From an uncultured Solirubrobacteraceae bacterium (GTDB taxonomy: Bacteria; Actinomycetota; Thermoleophilia; Solirubrobacterales; Solirubrobacteraceae): a stretch of 64,000 bases of DNA. Shown here one piece after another: positions 45,690-54,810 of the stretch. Each line of letters begins with the position of its first letter. The stretch's first letter is position 1. The stretch spans positions 1 to 64,000 of the forward strand of contig CAZPQW010000008.1 of assembly GCA_964588985.1 (NCBI GenBank), in the 5' to 3' direction. A program made the position numbers and the translations under genes. The notes beneath the pieces are model-generated. The model had not been told where the DNA came from and did not search any database. It saw only the letters and a list, made by a program, of their open reading frames with translations.

Positions 45690-45867
45690 TTTAGATATGG
45701 CAGTTTCACGCTGTGTTACAGGAGGTTATGAAGGCTAGTTAGCTGGCTTGGGTGGGGGTTGGGTTTGGTGTCTGGCTCCCACCCGGTTTTGTTGCGTGAG
45801 GGGAGTTGGTGTGGGTTTGTGTGGTTGTGATGGTGGTGGGGTTGGGTGTCTAGGAGGGGGTTGGGCT

Positions 45868-48534
45868 GTGGCTGGACCGGCGTTTAGGCGTGTTTGTTTG
45901 GTGGTGCTTGTTGTGGTGCTCTCTGGGTGTGTGGTGTGGGTGTCTGTGGCGGGTGCTGTGGTGTTGCCGGATGGTCGTGGCTATGAGCTGGTTTCGCCGG
46001 TGGCGAAGAATGGTTTGAGCCCGTATGCGGCGGTCCCTTCTACCACCGGTGGGGCGGTGGATTTTCAGGCGCGTGGGGCGTTTGCCGGCGCGACGTCTGG
46101 GGCTCTGAACCTGTATCAGGCGACGCGTACGGCTGGTGGCTGGCAGACAGCGCCGTTGACGCCGGCCCCGTCTACCCCGTTGGGGGCTTTGGAAGAGCAG
46201 GCGCCGGTATGGCTGTCGGCGGACTTGTCTGAGGCGATCTTCACGACCCCTGAGTCCTATGCTCCTGGCGATCAAGACGGCGGCGCGCTGAGCCTGTACG
46301 CAGAGGCTGTGGGTGGCGGGTTGAGCTGGCTATCGCAGGGATCTCAGGGAGGCACGGAATCGAGCGAGACGACGTTCGATGGAGCCTCACCAGACGGGAA
46401 CCATGTCGTGTTCAGCAGCCACGCATCGCTGATCCCGCCCGCAACAGGGCTTGGGAGCGATGCAGCCCCAGAAGCGGAGTACCTCTACGAACGCAACGCT
46501 CCTGAAGCCCAAACACACCTGCTCAACGTAAACAATGCCGGGCAGATCATCGGCAGCCTCGAAACCACGCTTCCCAAAGGATACACACCAGGCCCAACGG
46601 CAAACTTTATCGCGGTCGCCCTTATCGAAGGAGAGGGCTTTTTCCCGGGGCAGTTCATCACGGTAGGCGAAGGTGAAAGCGAACTGACCACACAGATCAC
46701 CCAGGTCTTCAAGATAAGCAGTACAACAGAGAGCTTGGGAGTGGGAAACAACGCTGGATTGCCGATAGCGTATCCTGTGGGTACGCGTGTGGCGCATTTG
46801 TCGGAAGGCGCGATTTTGGGTGATGGTGGTGATTTGGCGTCGGGTGTGGCGCCTGCGAGTGAATATTTGCCGGCGGATGCTGGTAGTGGCTCCACGACCC
46901 ATGCGGTGTCGAGTGATGGCTCGAAGGTGTTCTTCGAGAGCCCGAACCCCGCGGTTGGCGAGCCGGTGGGCCTATATGTGCGTATAGGTAATGCCACGAC
47001 TGTAAAGATTGCTGGAGCGAGCGCTGATGGCACCAGACTCAGCGGGCTCCTCGAATCGGAGGCGGTCATATTCGGTTCGGCGCGGTTTGAGGGTGCGGCG
47101 GCGGACGGGTCGCTGGTGTTCTTCACTTCAGGTGAAGGGCTTGCTGGTGCGACGAGTGGTGGGGAGGTGTATGAGTTCAACACGACCGGCCATGAAATCG
47201 GAGGGGTCAGCCCGTTGTCCGTCGGTGCCGTATCAGCCGGGCTGGGAGGCGACAGAACCCCGGCAAGCACCCTCACCGCCACCGCGGCGGGGCGCAAACC
47301 GGGCGTAACCATCAGGGTCGCGAGCACGGCGGGGTTCCATGCCGGGGAAGAGATCATGTTCGCGCCGTTCGAAACAGAAGGAGAATTCGGAATGAGCTCG
47401 GGTGTGACGTCGAGGGTCGCGTCGGTGGACAGTGCGACCGAACTCACTCTCAGCGAAGGCCTGATCGGGGTAGGGTTCGGTGTTCCGGCTGGTACGGAAG
47501 TGCATGGTGTTCATCCGGCGTCTGTGGTTGCGGTCGCGGATGATGGTTCGCGTGTGTATTTCGTCTCGGATGGTGTGTTGGCGGAAAACACGAACGCTCA
47601 GGGTGCGAGCGCGGTCCCGGTGCAGCCGAACCTGTACGTGTTCGATACAGCGACCCAGGAAACCGCGTTTATCGGGACGTTGGCGTCGAGTGATGTGAGG
47701 GATGCGGGGGGTAACCCGTCGGGTTTGGTGGGCGAGCCGGATATCTCTCGGCCTGCTGTGCCGAGCCCTGACGGTGGTGTTCTGGTGTTCGCGTCTGCGG
47801 CTGATTTGACGGGCCAGAACCCGTGGCAGCAATACACCGAGATCTACCGGTACTCGGTCGCGGGCAACTCGCTGGTGTGCGTGTCGTGCACCGCCCCGGG
47901 AGTGAAGCCCGCGGGGAACGCGTCGTTCGGGGAAACCGCCGGCGGCACTTATGATCCGCCGGGCTTGACATCCCCGATGAGCGCAGATGGCGCTCGCGTG
48001 TTCTTCCAGACCCCAGACTCGCTTGTCGCGGAAGACACGAACGGGAGTGCTCCTGTGAGCCCGAAGTTCGGGACCCCAACCTCCACGGATGTGTATGAGT
48101 GGGAGGAAGGGCACGTGTCACTGATCTCCAGCGGCTCGGCGTCCACCCCGGCCGTTTTGATGGGCGCCACGCCCAGCGGAAACGATGCGCTGTTCACAAC
48201 AACAGCGCAACTGGTACCCAGCGAGACTGACGGGGGCTATGAAAACGTGTTCGACGCCCGCGTCAACGGGGGATTCCCCGCCGCAGCGAAAGCCGGCCCC
48301 TCATGCTCCGGCTCCGGGTGCACTGCAGCGTTCGGTCTCGCCCCCACGCTCCAAGCGCCCGCCAGCGCATCACTACACGGCCCCGGAAACACGCCCGCCA
48401 AGACAACCCCGAAACCAAAGCCAAAGCGAATGGCCTGCGGAAAGCGACACGTACGACGACACGTGAAAGGCCGAACAATCTGCGCCCGACGAGCCAAGAA
48501 CACCCAGAAGACAGGCAGCACACATGCACACTAA
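45868..48534 (+). CDS. Large secreted beta-propeller surface protein, copy 2
   Basis: Differs from copy 1 by five residues, all near the C-terminus. Confidence 0.85.
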   Translation: MAGPAFRRVCLVVLVVVLSGCVVWVSVAGAVVLPDGRGYELVSPVAKNGLSPYAAVPSTTGGAVDFQARGAFAGATSGALNLYQATRTAGGWQTAPLTPAPSTPLGALEEQAPVWLSADLSEAIFTTPESYAPGDQDGGALSLYAEAVGGGLSWLSQGSQGGTESSETTFDGASPDGNHVVFSSHASLIPPATGLGSDAAPEAEYLYERNAPEAQTHLLNVNNAGQIIGSLETTLPKGYTPGPTANFIAVALIEGEGFFPGQFITVGEGESELTTQITQVFKISSTTESLGVGNNAGLPIAYPVGTRVAHLSEGAILGDGGDLASGVAPASEYLPADAGSGSTTHAVSSDGSKVFFESPNPAVGEPVGLYVRIGNATTVKIAGASADGTRLSGLLESEAVIFGSARFEGAAADGSLVFFTSGEGLAGATSGGEVYEFNTTGHEIGGVSPLSVGAVSAGLGGDRTPASTLTATAAGRKPGVTIRVASTAGFHAGEEIMFAPFETEGEFGMSSGVTSRVASVDSATELTLSEGLIGVGFGVPAGTEVHGVHPASVVAVADDGSRVYFVSDGVLAENTNAQGASAVPVQPNLYVFDTATQETAFIGTLASSDVRDAGGNPSGLVGEPDISRPAVPSPDGGVLVFASAADLTGQNPWQQYTEIYRYSVAGNSLVCVSCTAPGVKPAGNASFGETAGGTYDPPGLTSPMSADGARVFFQTPDSLVAEDTNGSAPVSPKFGTPTSTDVYEWEEGHVSLISSGSASTPAVLMGATPSGNDALFTTTAQLVPSETDGGYENVFDARVNGGFPAAAKAGPSCSGSGCTAAFGLAPTLQAPASASLHGPGNTPAKTTPKPKPKRMACGKRHVRRHVKGRTICARRAKNTQKTGSTHAH

Positions 48535-48556
48535 GACGAAGGAAACAGAGGGAGCG

Positions 48557-51445
48557 ATGATGAGTGTTGTGACTGACAACGGGTTTGCTCACGGCGGCGT
48601 TGGGGCTCGTGTGCGTTTCGCTCTCTTGATGGCGGTAGCGCTGGTGTTGGTCGCCGGCTCGAGTGTTGCGGGCGCGTCTGAAGGGTTTGGTGTGTCCTCC
48701 TTCTCGACGGGCGTGTCGTCGCTGCAGGCTGGTGGGCATGCGGATTTCACGACGGAATTCTCGGTGGGCCGGGAAGCGTTGGGTGGTCCGTTGGGGCAGG
48801 TCAAGAATTTGACGGAGACGCTGCCGGTGGGGTTGGTGGGTGATCCGCAGGACATTCCGCGGTGCACGCCGGCGCAGCTCACGGAATTCGATTGTCAGCC
48901 GTCTTCCCAGGTCGGTGTGTTGATTTCGCGGTTCTCGTTTCCGGCGACTGAAGAAGGCGAAGAACCGTTGGAAGTCGAAGAACGGAGTGGCGTCTACAAC
49001 ATGGTGCCCTCGCCTGGTCATCCGGCGACGTTCGCGACGCAGGTGGCGTTCGCGACGGTGTTGATCCAGGCTGATGTAAAGCGTGATGGTTCGTCGCGCT
49101 TGGTGGCTAGCGTGAGGGAACTTTCGACGCTGGAGCCGTTGGTGTCGACGTCGTTGACGATGTGGGGTGTGCCGGCGGATCCGTCGCATGATGCGTTGCG
49201 GTTTCTCGCGCCTCCGGGCGAAGGGGCGGGTGTCGGTGCTGGTGTTGCGCCGACGCCGTTCATGATCAACTCGAGTGACTGCACGGATGGGCCTTTGGAA
49301 AGCCGGCTCGAACTTCAATCGTGGTCGGGCGAAGAAGCGAGCGCGACAGCGGAAATGCCTGCCCCGACGGGGTGTGGCTCGCTGAGCGCGTCCCCGACGA
49401 TCTCGGTGGTCCCGGAAACGTCTCAGGCGGGGGCGCCGTCTGGGTATGAAGTTGATTTGAAGGTGCCGCAGGAACTAGCGCCTTATGCGTCCTCGACCCC
49501 GGATTTGCGTGACGCGGTCGTGACCTTGCCTGCTGGGACTGTGGCGTCGCCGTCGGCGGCGAATGGGCTTGAAGCTTGTAGCGAGTCCGAGTTTGGGTGG
49601 GAAGGGGTGACCCCGACCTCGGTGGGGCACGCGAACGAAAGCCCCGTGGCGTGCCCGGCCGGCTCGGAAATCGGGACGGTCGAAGTGCTGACGCCGCTGC
49701 TCGGGAGCCCGGTTAAGGGTTCGGTGTTCTTGGCGGCGCAGGACGCGAACCCGTTCAAGTCGTTGCTCGCGGTCTACATGGTGCTGGAAGGCGAAGGTGT
49801 GCAGGTCAAGCTCGCGGGGCGTGTGAGCCCGAATCCCGCGACGGGGCAGTTGACGACGAGCTTCACGGCGATTCCGCAGGTCCCGTTCAGCGAGTTGCGG
49901 TTGCATGTGCGTGGCGGACCGGCCGCTTCTCTGTCGAACCCGACCGTGTGTGGCCCGGCTAGGAGTGTGGCGGCGTTGACGTTCTACAGCAGCCCCGTCC
50001 CGGTGGAACCCTCGAGCGTGTTCGACGTGACGGGCTGTGGGGCGCCGAGGTTCGCGCCGTCGTTCACGGCCGGCACCACGACCCCTGTGGCGGGTGCGTT
50101 CAGCCCGATGAGCGTCCTGATCGCAAGGACCGACGCCGACCAGGACATCGAAGGGGTCCAGGCCACGACCCCGCCTGGGCTGCTTGGCGTGCTGGCGAGT
50201 GTCCCGCTCTGCGGAGAACCGGCCGCTTCGAAAGGCGAATGCCCTGCAGCATCGGAAATCGGGCATGTCGTCGTCGGAGCGGGCCCGGGCCCGGAACCGG
50301 TCTACATCCCCGAGACGGGTCACCCACAGAGCCCCGTTTTCCTCACGACCGGGTATAAGGGCGCCCCATTCGGGTTGAGCATCGTGGTGCCCGCTGTCGC
50401 GGGCCCGTTCAACCTGGGGACCGTGATCATGAGAGCCCGCGTGGATGTGGATCCCCATACCTCGCAGGCTGTGATCACGAGCGACCCTCTGCCCCAGATC
50501 CTGAAGGGCATACCCGTCCAGGGTCGCACCATCAACGTCGTCGTGGACCGCAAAGAATTTATGTTCAACCCGACAAGCTGCGAACCCCTCGCGGCTACAG
50601 GGGTGATCACCTCCGCGCAGGGTATGGTCGCGAACGTGAGCAGTCCGTTCCAGACGGGAGGCTGTCAGAAACTGTCGTTCAAACCGTCGTTCGCGGCCTC
50701 GGTGCAGGGGAATGGCACGTTCAAAGGGCACGGGGCATCCCTCACGGTCAGGGTCTCCACACACCAGGGGCCAACCGTCTCGGGTGGTGGGGAATCGAAC
50801 CTCGCTAAAGCCGATGTCCAGCTCCCGGTGGAGCTCCCATCCAGGGATGCGACCCTGCAGAAAGCTTGCACCGCGCAGGTGTTCGCGGCGAACCCCGCCG
50901 GGTGCCCGACAGCGTCGAGGGTCGGGACGGCGGTCGTGCACACTCCGCTGCTCGCTTCACCGCTGGAAGGTCCGGCAATCATCGTGAGCCATGCGGGGGC
51001 GGCGTTCCCCGACCTCGACTTGGTGCTGCAGGGCGATGGGGTCACGTTCGACCTGGTCGGAAACACTCAGATCAAGCACGGGATCACCTACAGCCACTTC
51101 GATACCGCCCCAGATGCTCCGTTCTCAAGCTTCGAACTGAAGCTCCCCGAGGGCCCCAACAGCATCCTCGCCGCTTTCCTGCCGCACGGCAGCACCCTCT
51201 GTACAACAACGATCGTGAAGAGCGTGAAGATCAAATCCCACGGGCGGACAAGACGCGTCAAACGCAACGTCCCAGCGCCGTTGCTGATGCCGACGACGCT
51301 GACCGCCCAAGACGGAGCAGTCATCAAACAGACCACGAAGATCGCGGTCACGGGGTGCCCGGCCCCAGCGAAAGCCCACAAGGCCAAGGCCCGGAAGGCC
51401 AGAAGAGCGCGAACCGCGCGCACGAACAGGAAGGCGGCCCACTGA
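48557..51445 (+). CDS. Large secreted beta-sandwich-rich surface protein
   Basis: GGAG RBS; signal peptide; QAGGHADFTT, LPVGLVGDP..IPRC, two similar C..L...P / CPA.S.IG.V modules; basic tail. Confidence 0.85.
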   Translation: MMSVVTDNGFAHGGVGARVRFALLMAVALVLVAGSSVAGASEGFGVSSFSTGVSSLQAGGHADFTTEFSVGREALGGPLGQVKNLTETLPVGLVGDPQDIPRCTPAQLTEFDCQPSSQVGVLISRFSFPATEEGEEPLEVEERSGVYNMVPSPGHPATFATQVAFATVLIQADVKRDGSSRLVASVRELSTLEPLVSTSLTMWGVPADPSHDALRFLAPPGEGAGVGAGVAPTPFMINSSDCTDGPLESRLELQSWSGEEASATAEMPAPTGCGSLSASPTISVVPETSQAGAPSGYEVDLKVPQELAPYASSTPDLRDAVVTLPAGTVASPSAANGLEACSESEFGWEGVTPTSVGHANESPVACPAGSEIGTVEVLTPLLGSPVKGSVFLAAQDANPFKSLLAVYMVLEGEGVQVKLAGRVSPNPATGQLTTSFTAIPQVPFSELRLHVRGGPAASLSNPTVCGPARSVAALTFYSSPVPVEPSSVFDVTGCGAPRFAPSFTAGTTTPVAGAFSPMSVLIARTDADQDIEGVQATTPPGLLGVLASVPLCGEPAASKGECPAASEIGHVVVGAGPGPEPVYIPETGHPQSPVFLTTGYKGAPFGLSIVVPAVAGPFNLGTVIMRARVDVDPHTSQAVITSDPLPQILKGIPVQGRTINVVVDRKEFMFNPTSCEPLAATGVITSAQGMVANVSSPFQTGGCQKLSFKPSFAASVQGNGTFKGHGASLTVRVSTHQGPTVSGGGESNLAKADVQLPVELPSRDATLQKACTAQVFAANPAGCPTASRVGTAVVHTPLLASPLEGPAIIVSHAGAAFPDLDLVLQGDGVTFDLVGNTQIKHGITYSHFDTAPDAPFSSFELKLPEGPNSILAAFLPHGSTLCTTTIVKSVKIKSHGRTRRVKRNVPAPLLMPTTLTAQDGAVIKQTTKIAVTGCPAPAKAHKAKARKARRARTARTNRKAAH

Positions 51446-53928
51446 TGATGCGCAAACGCACACGCTCGCTCCCACGTCGTGCGCTCAAGGGAGCCCTGCT
51501 TGGCCTGGTCGTCCTTGCTGTGCTGCCGTCGGTGGCGTTCGCGGAAGCGCCGGAAGCGCCGGCGATGGAACCCGCGACGGCGATCACGGGCACGTCGGCG
51601 ACGTTGAACGGGGAACTGAACCCCGGGGCGAGCGTGGAAAAGGTGTCCTACCGGTTCTTCTATAGCCCTGGCGGGGAATGCACGAGCTTCCTCGCGGTGC
51701 CCGCCGAACCGCCGTTCCCGGAAGCCGAAGGCAGCCATCAGAAAGTCTCTGCGCCCGTGACTGGTTTGGAGGCGCTGACGACATATCAGGTGTGTCTGCT
51801 TGCGTCGAACCCGGCCAATGAAGCCGAAGCGACGTTCAGCCTCGCCCCGGACGTATTCGAAACGGCCGCGTCGAAGCCGGTCGTGATCTCTGAGACGGCG
51901 GCTGGCGTCACGCCGTTCGCAGCGAGCCTGCAGGCGGAAGTGAACCCGGAGAACCAGCCTACGACGAGCTGCGTGTTCGAATACGGCAAAGCGGCCCTCG
52001 GGGAAAACAAACTTCCCTGCGAACAGCTCGAATTCACGGGGGGCGCCCCTGGCACGGCGACCCGCACGCTGGCGGGCCTCTCACCGCACACGAAATACAA
52101 GTTCCGGGTGGTCGTGAAGAACGCCACCGGGGAAACGAAAGGCACAGAACAATCCTTCGAAACGCTCGCGGTGGAAACCCCGTCCGTTACGAGCGAGAGC
52201 GTCAGCAGCATTCAGCCTTTCCAGGCGCGCCTCGAAGGGATCCTGAACCCGAACTTCCAGCCCACAAAATGCAAGTTCTCCTACGGTCTGGCCGTGGGGG
52301 AACACGAAACGCCGTGCGAACCGGAACTCTTCGAAGGATTCGGGGAACAGGGGTTCGGGGCGAACGTCACCGGCCTTGAAGCCGGCACGACCTACCACTA
52401 CGAGGTCCTCGCCCGCAACGCCGCCGGAGAAACCACCGGCAGCGAACAGGAATTCACGACCCCGGCTCTCGAAGCACCCGTGTTTGGGGCCGAGAGCTCT
52501 TCGGGGATCACTTCCACGGACGCCCAGCTCGAAGCCAGGATCAACCCGGATGCGCAGGAAACGAGCGTGACGTTCGAATACTCAACCGAACAATCCGCTG
52601 TCGAAGAAGGCAAAGGCACGCCGGTGTCCGCCGCGGCCCTGCCGGCGGCCTTCGAAGAAGTCACAGCCGGCCCAGTCGACCTCGGCGGGAACCTCGCCCC
52701 CGGAACCACCTACTTCTACCGTGTCATCGCGACGAACCCGAAGGGGGAAACCGCGGGGCCCGTGGAACAGTTCACGACCAGCCCGGCGGAACCCCCGATC
52801 ATTCTCGGCGAGAGCGCGAGCAACGTCACCGAAACCGGGGCGGACCTGGAAGCCACGATCAACCCGAACAGCCACGAAGCGACCTACAGCTTCGAATACT
52901 CAACCGAAGAATCCGCCGTCCAGAAAGGCGAAGGCACGACCGTCAAAGGCAAAACCCCGCTCCCTGCCGTCAACGAAGAACTCCCCGCCGGCCCGATCCA
53001 CCTCGCCGGCCTGCAGGCAGCGACCGTCTACTACTACCGGATCATCGCGGTCAACCCCGTCATGGGCACCGTCGATGGGGCCGTCCAGAGCTTCCACACG
53101 CTCGGGAAGCCCGCGATCACGACCGAACCAGAAGCAACGACACGCACCACCGCGACGATCAACGCCACGATCAACCCAAACGGGTCCCCGACGCTCTACA
53201 GCATCCTCTACATCGCGGAATGCACCGAAGAAAGCACCCTGTGCCCTGAAGAAGAAAGCATCGGCATCCGCACCATCCCCACGAGCAGCTACACCCCCCA
53301 GCCAGCGGGCCCCGTGACCCTCCAGGAACTCAAACCGGGCACCACCTACTTCTACATCGTGATCGCGACCAACCAAGCCGGCACCACGATCAGCGAAGAA
53401 CAAGAATTCACAACCAGCCCCCGAACCCCACCCACCGCCACACTCAACCCCGCAACCAGCATCACCCCGACCACCGCGACCATCACCGCGACCATCGACA
53501 CCCGCGGGCTACCGACCACCATCAGCCTTCAGGTCGGCACCGAACCCGCCAACACCACCCCGATCAACGCCACCACCACACAAGAAAACAACACCATCCA
53601 CGCCACCGCCATCCTCCAAGGCCTACAACCCAACACCACCTACACCATCACCCTGACCGCCACCAACCCGGACGGCACAACCACACCCACCACAACCACC
53701 TTCACCACACCCCCCAACCCGGCCCTACTCACCACCCCGCCCACTTCGCCCACCCTCACCTACACGCCCATAACCACCATCACGACCCAACAAAACAAAG
53801 AAGACAAGCAAAACATTCAGCGAGAACTCCTCAACAAAGCACTGAAGACCTGCAGGCACAAGCCCAAGCACCAACGCAAGCACTGCGAACGGCAAGCACG
53901 CAAGAGATACGGCAAGAGAACGAGCTAG
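51445..53928 (+). CDS. Secreted fibronectin type III-like repeat protein
   Basis: Seven repeats of A.L.(G/A).(I/V)NP...L.P.TTY.Y.V.A.N..G....F.T; TGATG coupling; C-terminal KALKTCRHK...HCERQARKRYG. Confidence 0.85.
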   Translation: MMRKRTRSLPRRALKGALLGLVVLAVLPSVAFAEAPEAPAMEPATAITGTSATLNGELNPGASVEKVSYRFFYSPGGECTSFLAVPAEPPFPEAEGSHQKVSAPVTGLEALTTYQVCLLASNPANEAEATFSLAPDVFETAASKPVVISETAAGVTPFAASLQAEVNPENQPTTSCVFEYGKAALGENKLPCEQLEFTGGAPGTATRTLAGLSPHTKYKFRVVVKNATGETKGTEQSFETLAVETPSVTSESVSSIQPFQARLEGILNPNFQPTKCKFSYGLAVGEHETPCEPELFEGFGEQGFGANVTGLEAGTTYHYEVLARNAAGETTGSEQEFTTPALEAPVFGAESSSGITSTDAQLEARINPDAQETSVTFEYSTEQSAVEEGKGTPVSAAALPAAFEEVTAGPVDLGGNLAPGTTYFYRVIATNPKGETAGPVEQFTTSPAEPPIILGESASNVTETGADLEATINPNSHEATYSFEYSTEESAVQKGEGTTVKGKTPLPAVNEELPAGPIHLAGLQAATVYYYRIIAVNPVMGTVDGAVQSFHTLGKPAITTEPEATTRTTATINATINPNGSPTLYSILYIAECTEESTLCPEEESIGIRTIPTSSYTPQPAGPVTLQELKPGTTYFYIVIATNQAGTTISEEQEFTTSPRTPPTATLNPATSITPTTATITATIDTRGLPTTISLQVGTEPANTTPINATTTQENNTIHATAILQGLQPNTTYTITLTATNPDGTTTPTTTTFTTPPNPALLTTPPTSPTLTYTPITTITTQQNKEDKQNIQRELLNKALKTCRHKPKHQRKHCERQARKRYGKRTS

Positions 53929-53959
53929 CTCGGTGACCAGCAGCACAGCGCCGGAGTAA

Positions 53960-53998
53960 GAAACTGCGCTTGCATAATGCTGACAGTTCCCTTATTAT
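53960..53998 (+). promoter_or_regulatory. Sigma70-type promoter with GAAACT element
   Basis: GAAACTGCGC-TTGCAT-N17-TATTAT. Confidence 0.7.
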
Positions 53999-54055
53999 TC
54001 AGAATAAGGGAACTACTGGAAGATGCGGTTCCTGGAGGGATGTCCCCGAGCCTTC

Positions 54056-54100
54056 ATGATTGACGCTACTCCGAGTGGGCGCTTACAAGTCCAATCGTAA
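54056..54100 (+). other. Leader ORF MIDATPSGR[TTA]QVQS*
   Basis: In-frame TTA at 54083; TAA abuts the AGGAG RBS. Confidence 0.45.
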
Positions 54101-54117
54101 AGGAGTGGTTGAGGCAT

Positions 54118-54735
54118 ATGAGGCGTGTAACAACGACAGCCATGGGGCTGGTGGCCCTTGTGGCGGTGCTGCTGCTCGGCGTGTTCTTCGCCGGGTCGGC
54201 ATCGGCGCACTTATTCTTATACACAGGACCCTTACCGACCTTACTGTTACTCTTAAGTGATAGCGCGCAGATCTTCAGCTTTGTGCCAGAAGGCCTGCAA
54301 ATAAGTTGTCCGCATTTCTTAGGTCACATCCTGTTCTCTGGCGGGACGATGTGGGGATTAACGACCAAAGTCACTGGTGACTATCCCGGCAAATGCACGA
54401 TGACCGGTGGCTCCAAACTGACTTTCTCACCGGTGGAATATGAACTCAATGCCGACGGAACGATATCGATTCTCAAAACTATCACGATTACGGCCGGTAG
54501 TCCGGCCAGCTGCAGTTTCTTAATCGAACCGACCGCAGCGAATCAGAACCTCTCAAGCCTCTTATTCTTAAAAGATCCTCTGAACTCTTCGGCACTGTTA
54601 GCGCACGTCGCTGTTGGAGGCATCCACTCAAAAGGAACCAATGGGCTATGCGCCGAAGGCGGGGAACACACGAACACAACATATTTCGGCTTAATCTTAG
54701 TGCGGGTCGATGGAGGTAACGTTACATGGGAGTAG
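54118..54735 (+). CDS. TTA-rich secreted protein, paralogue 3
   Basis: Homologous to 34015..34638; 14 TTA at the same aligned positions. Confidence 0.9.
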   Translation: MRRVTTTAMGLVALVAVLLLGVFFAGSASAHLFLYTGPLPTLLLLLSDSAQIFSFVPEGLQISCPHFLGHILFSGGTMWGLTTKVTGDYPGKCTMTGGSKLTFSPVEYELNADGTISILKTITITAGSPASCSFLIEPTAANQNLSSLLFLKDPLNSSALLAHVAVGGIHSKGTNGLCAEGGEHTNTTYFGLILVRVDGGNVTWE

Positions 54736-54749
54736 CTCGTTAGCCGCCA

Positions 54750-54781
54750 GGTGGGAGCCGGGCTGATGTCCGGCTCCCACC
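54750..54781. terminator. Hairpin between paralogue 3 and convergent polX
   Basis: GGTGGGAGCCGGGC-tgat-GTCCGGCTCCCACC. Confidence 0.7.
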
Positions 54782-54810
54782 CGCGGTCATACCGGTCGTG
54801 GGTGAATGAC

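Larger units (their letters stand above)
44916..48542 (+). repeat. ~3.6-kb direct repeat, copy 2
   Basis: Matches 33865..37491. Confidence 0.93.
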
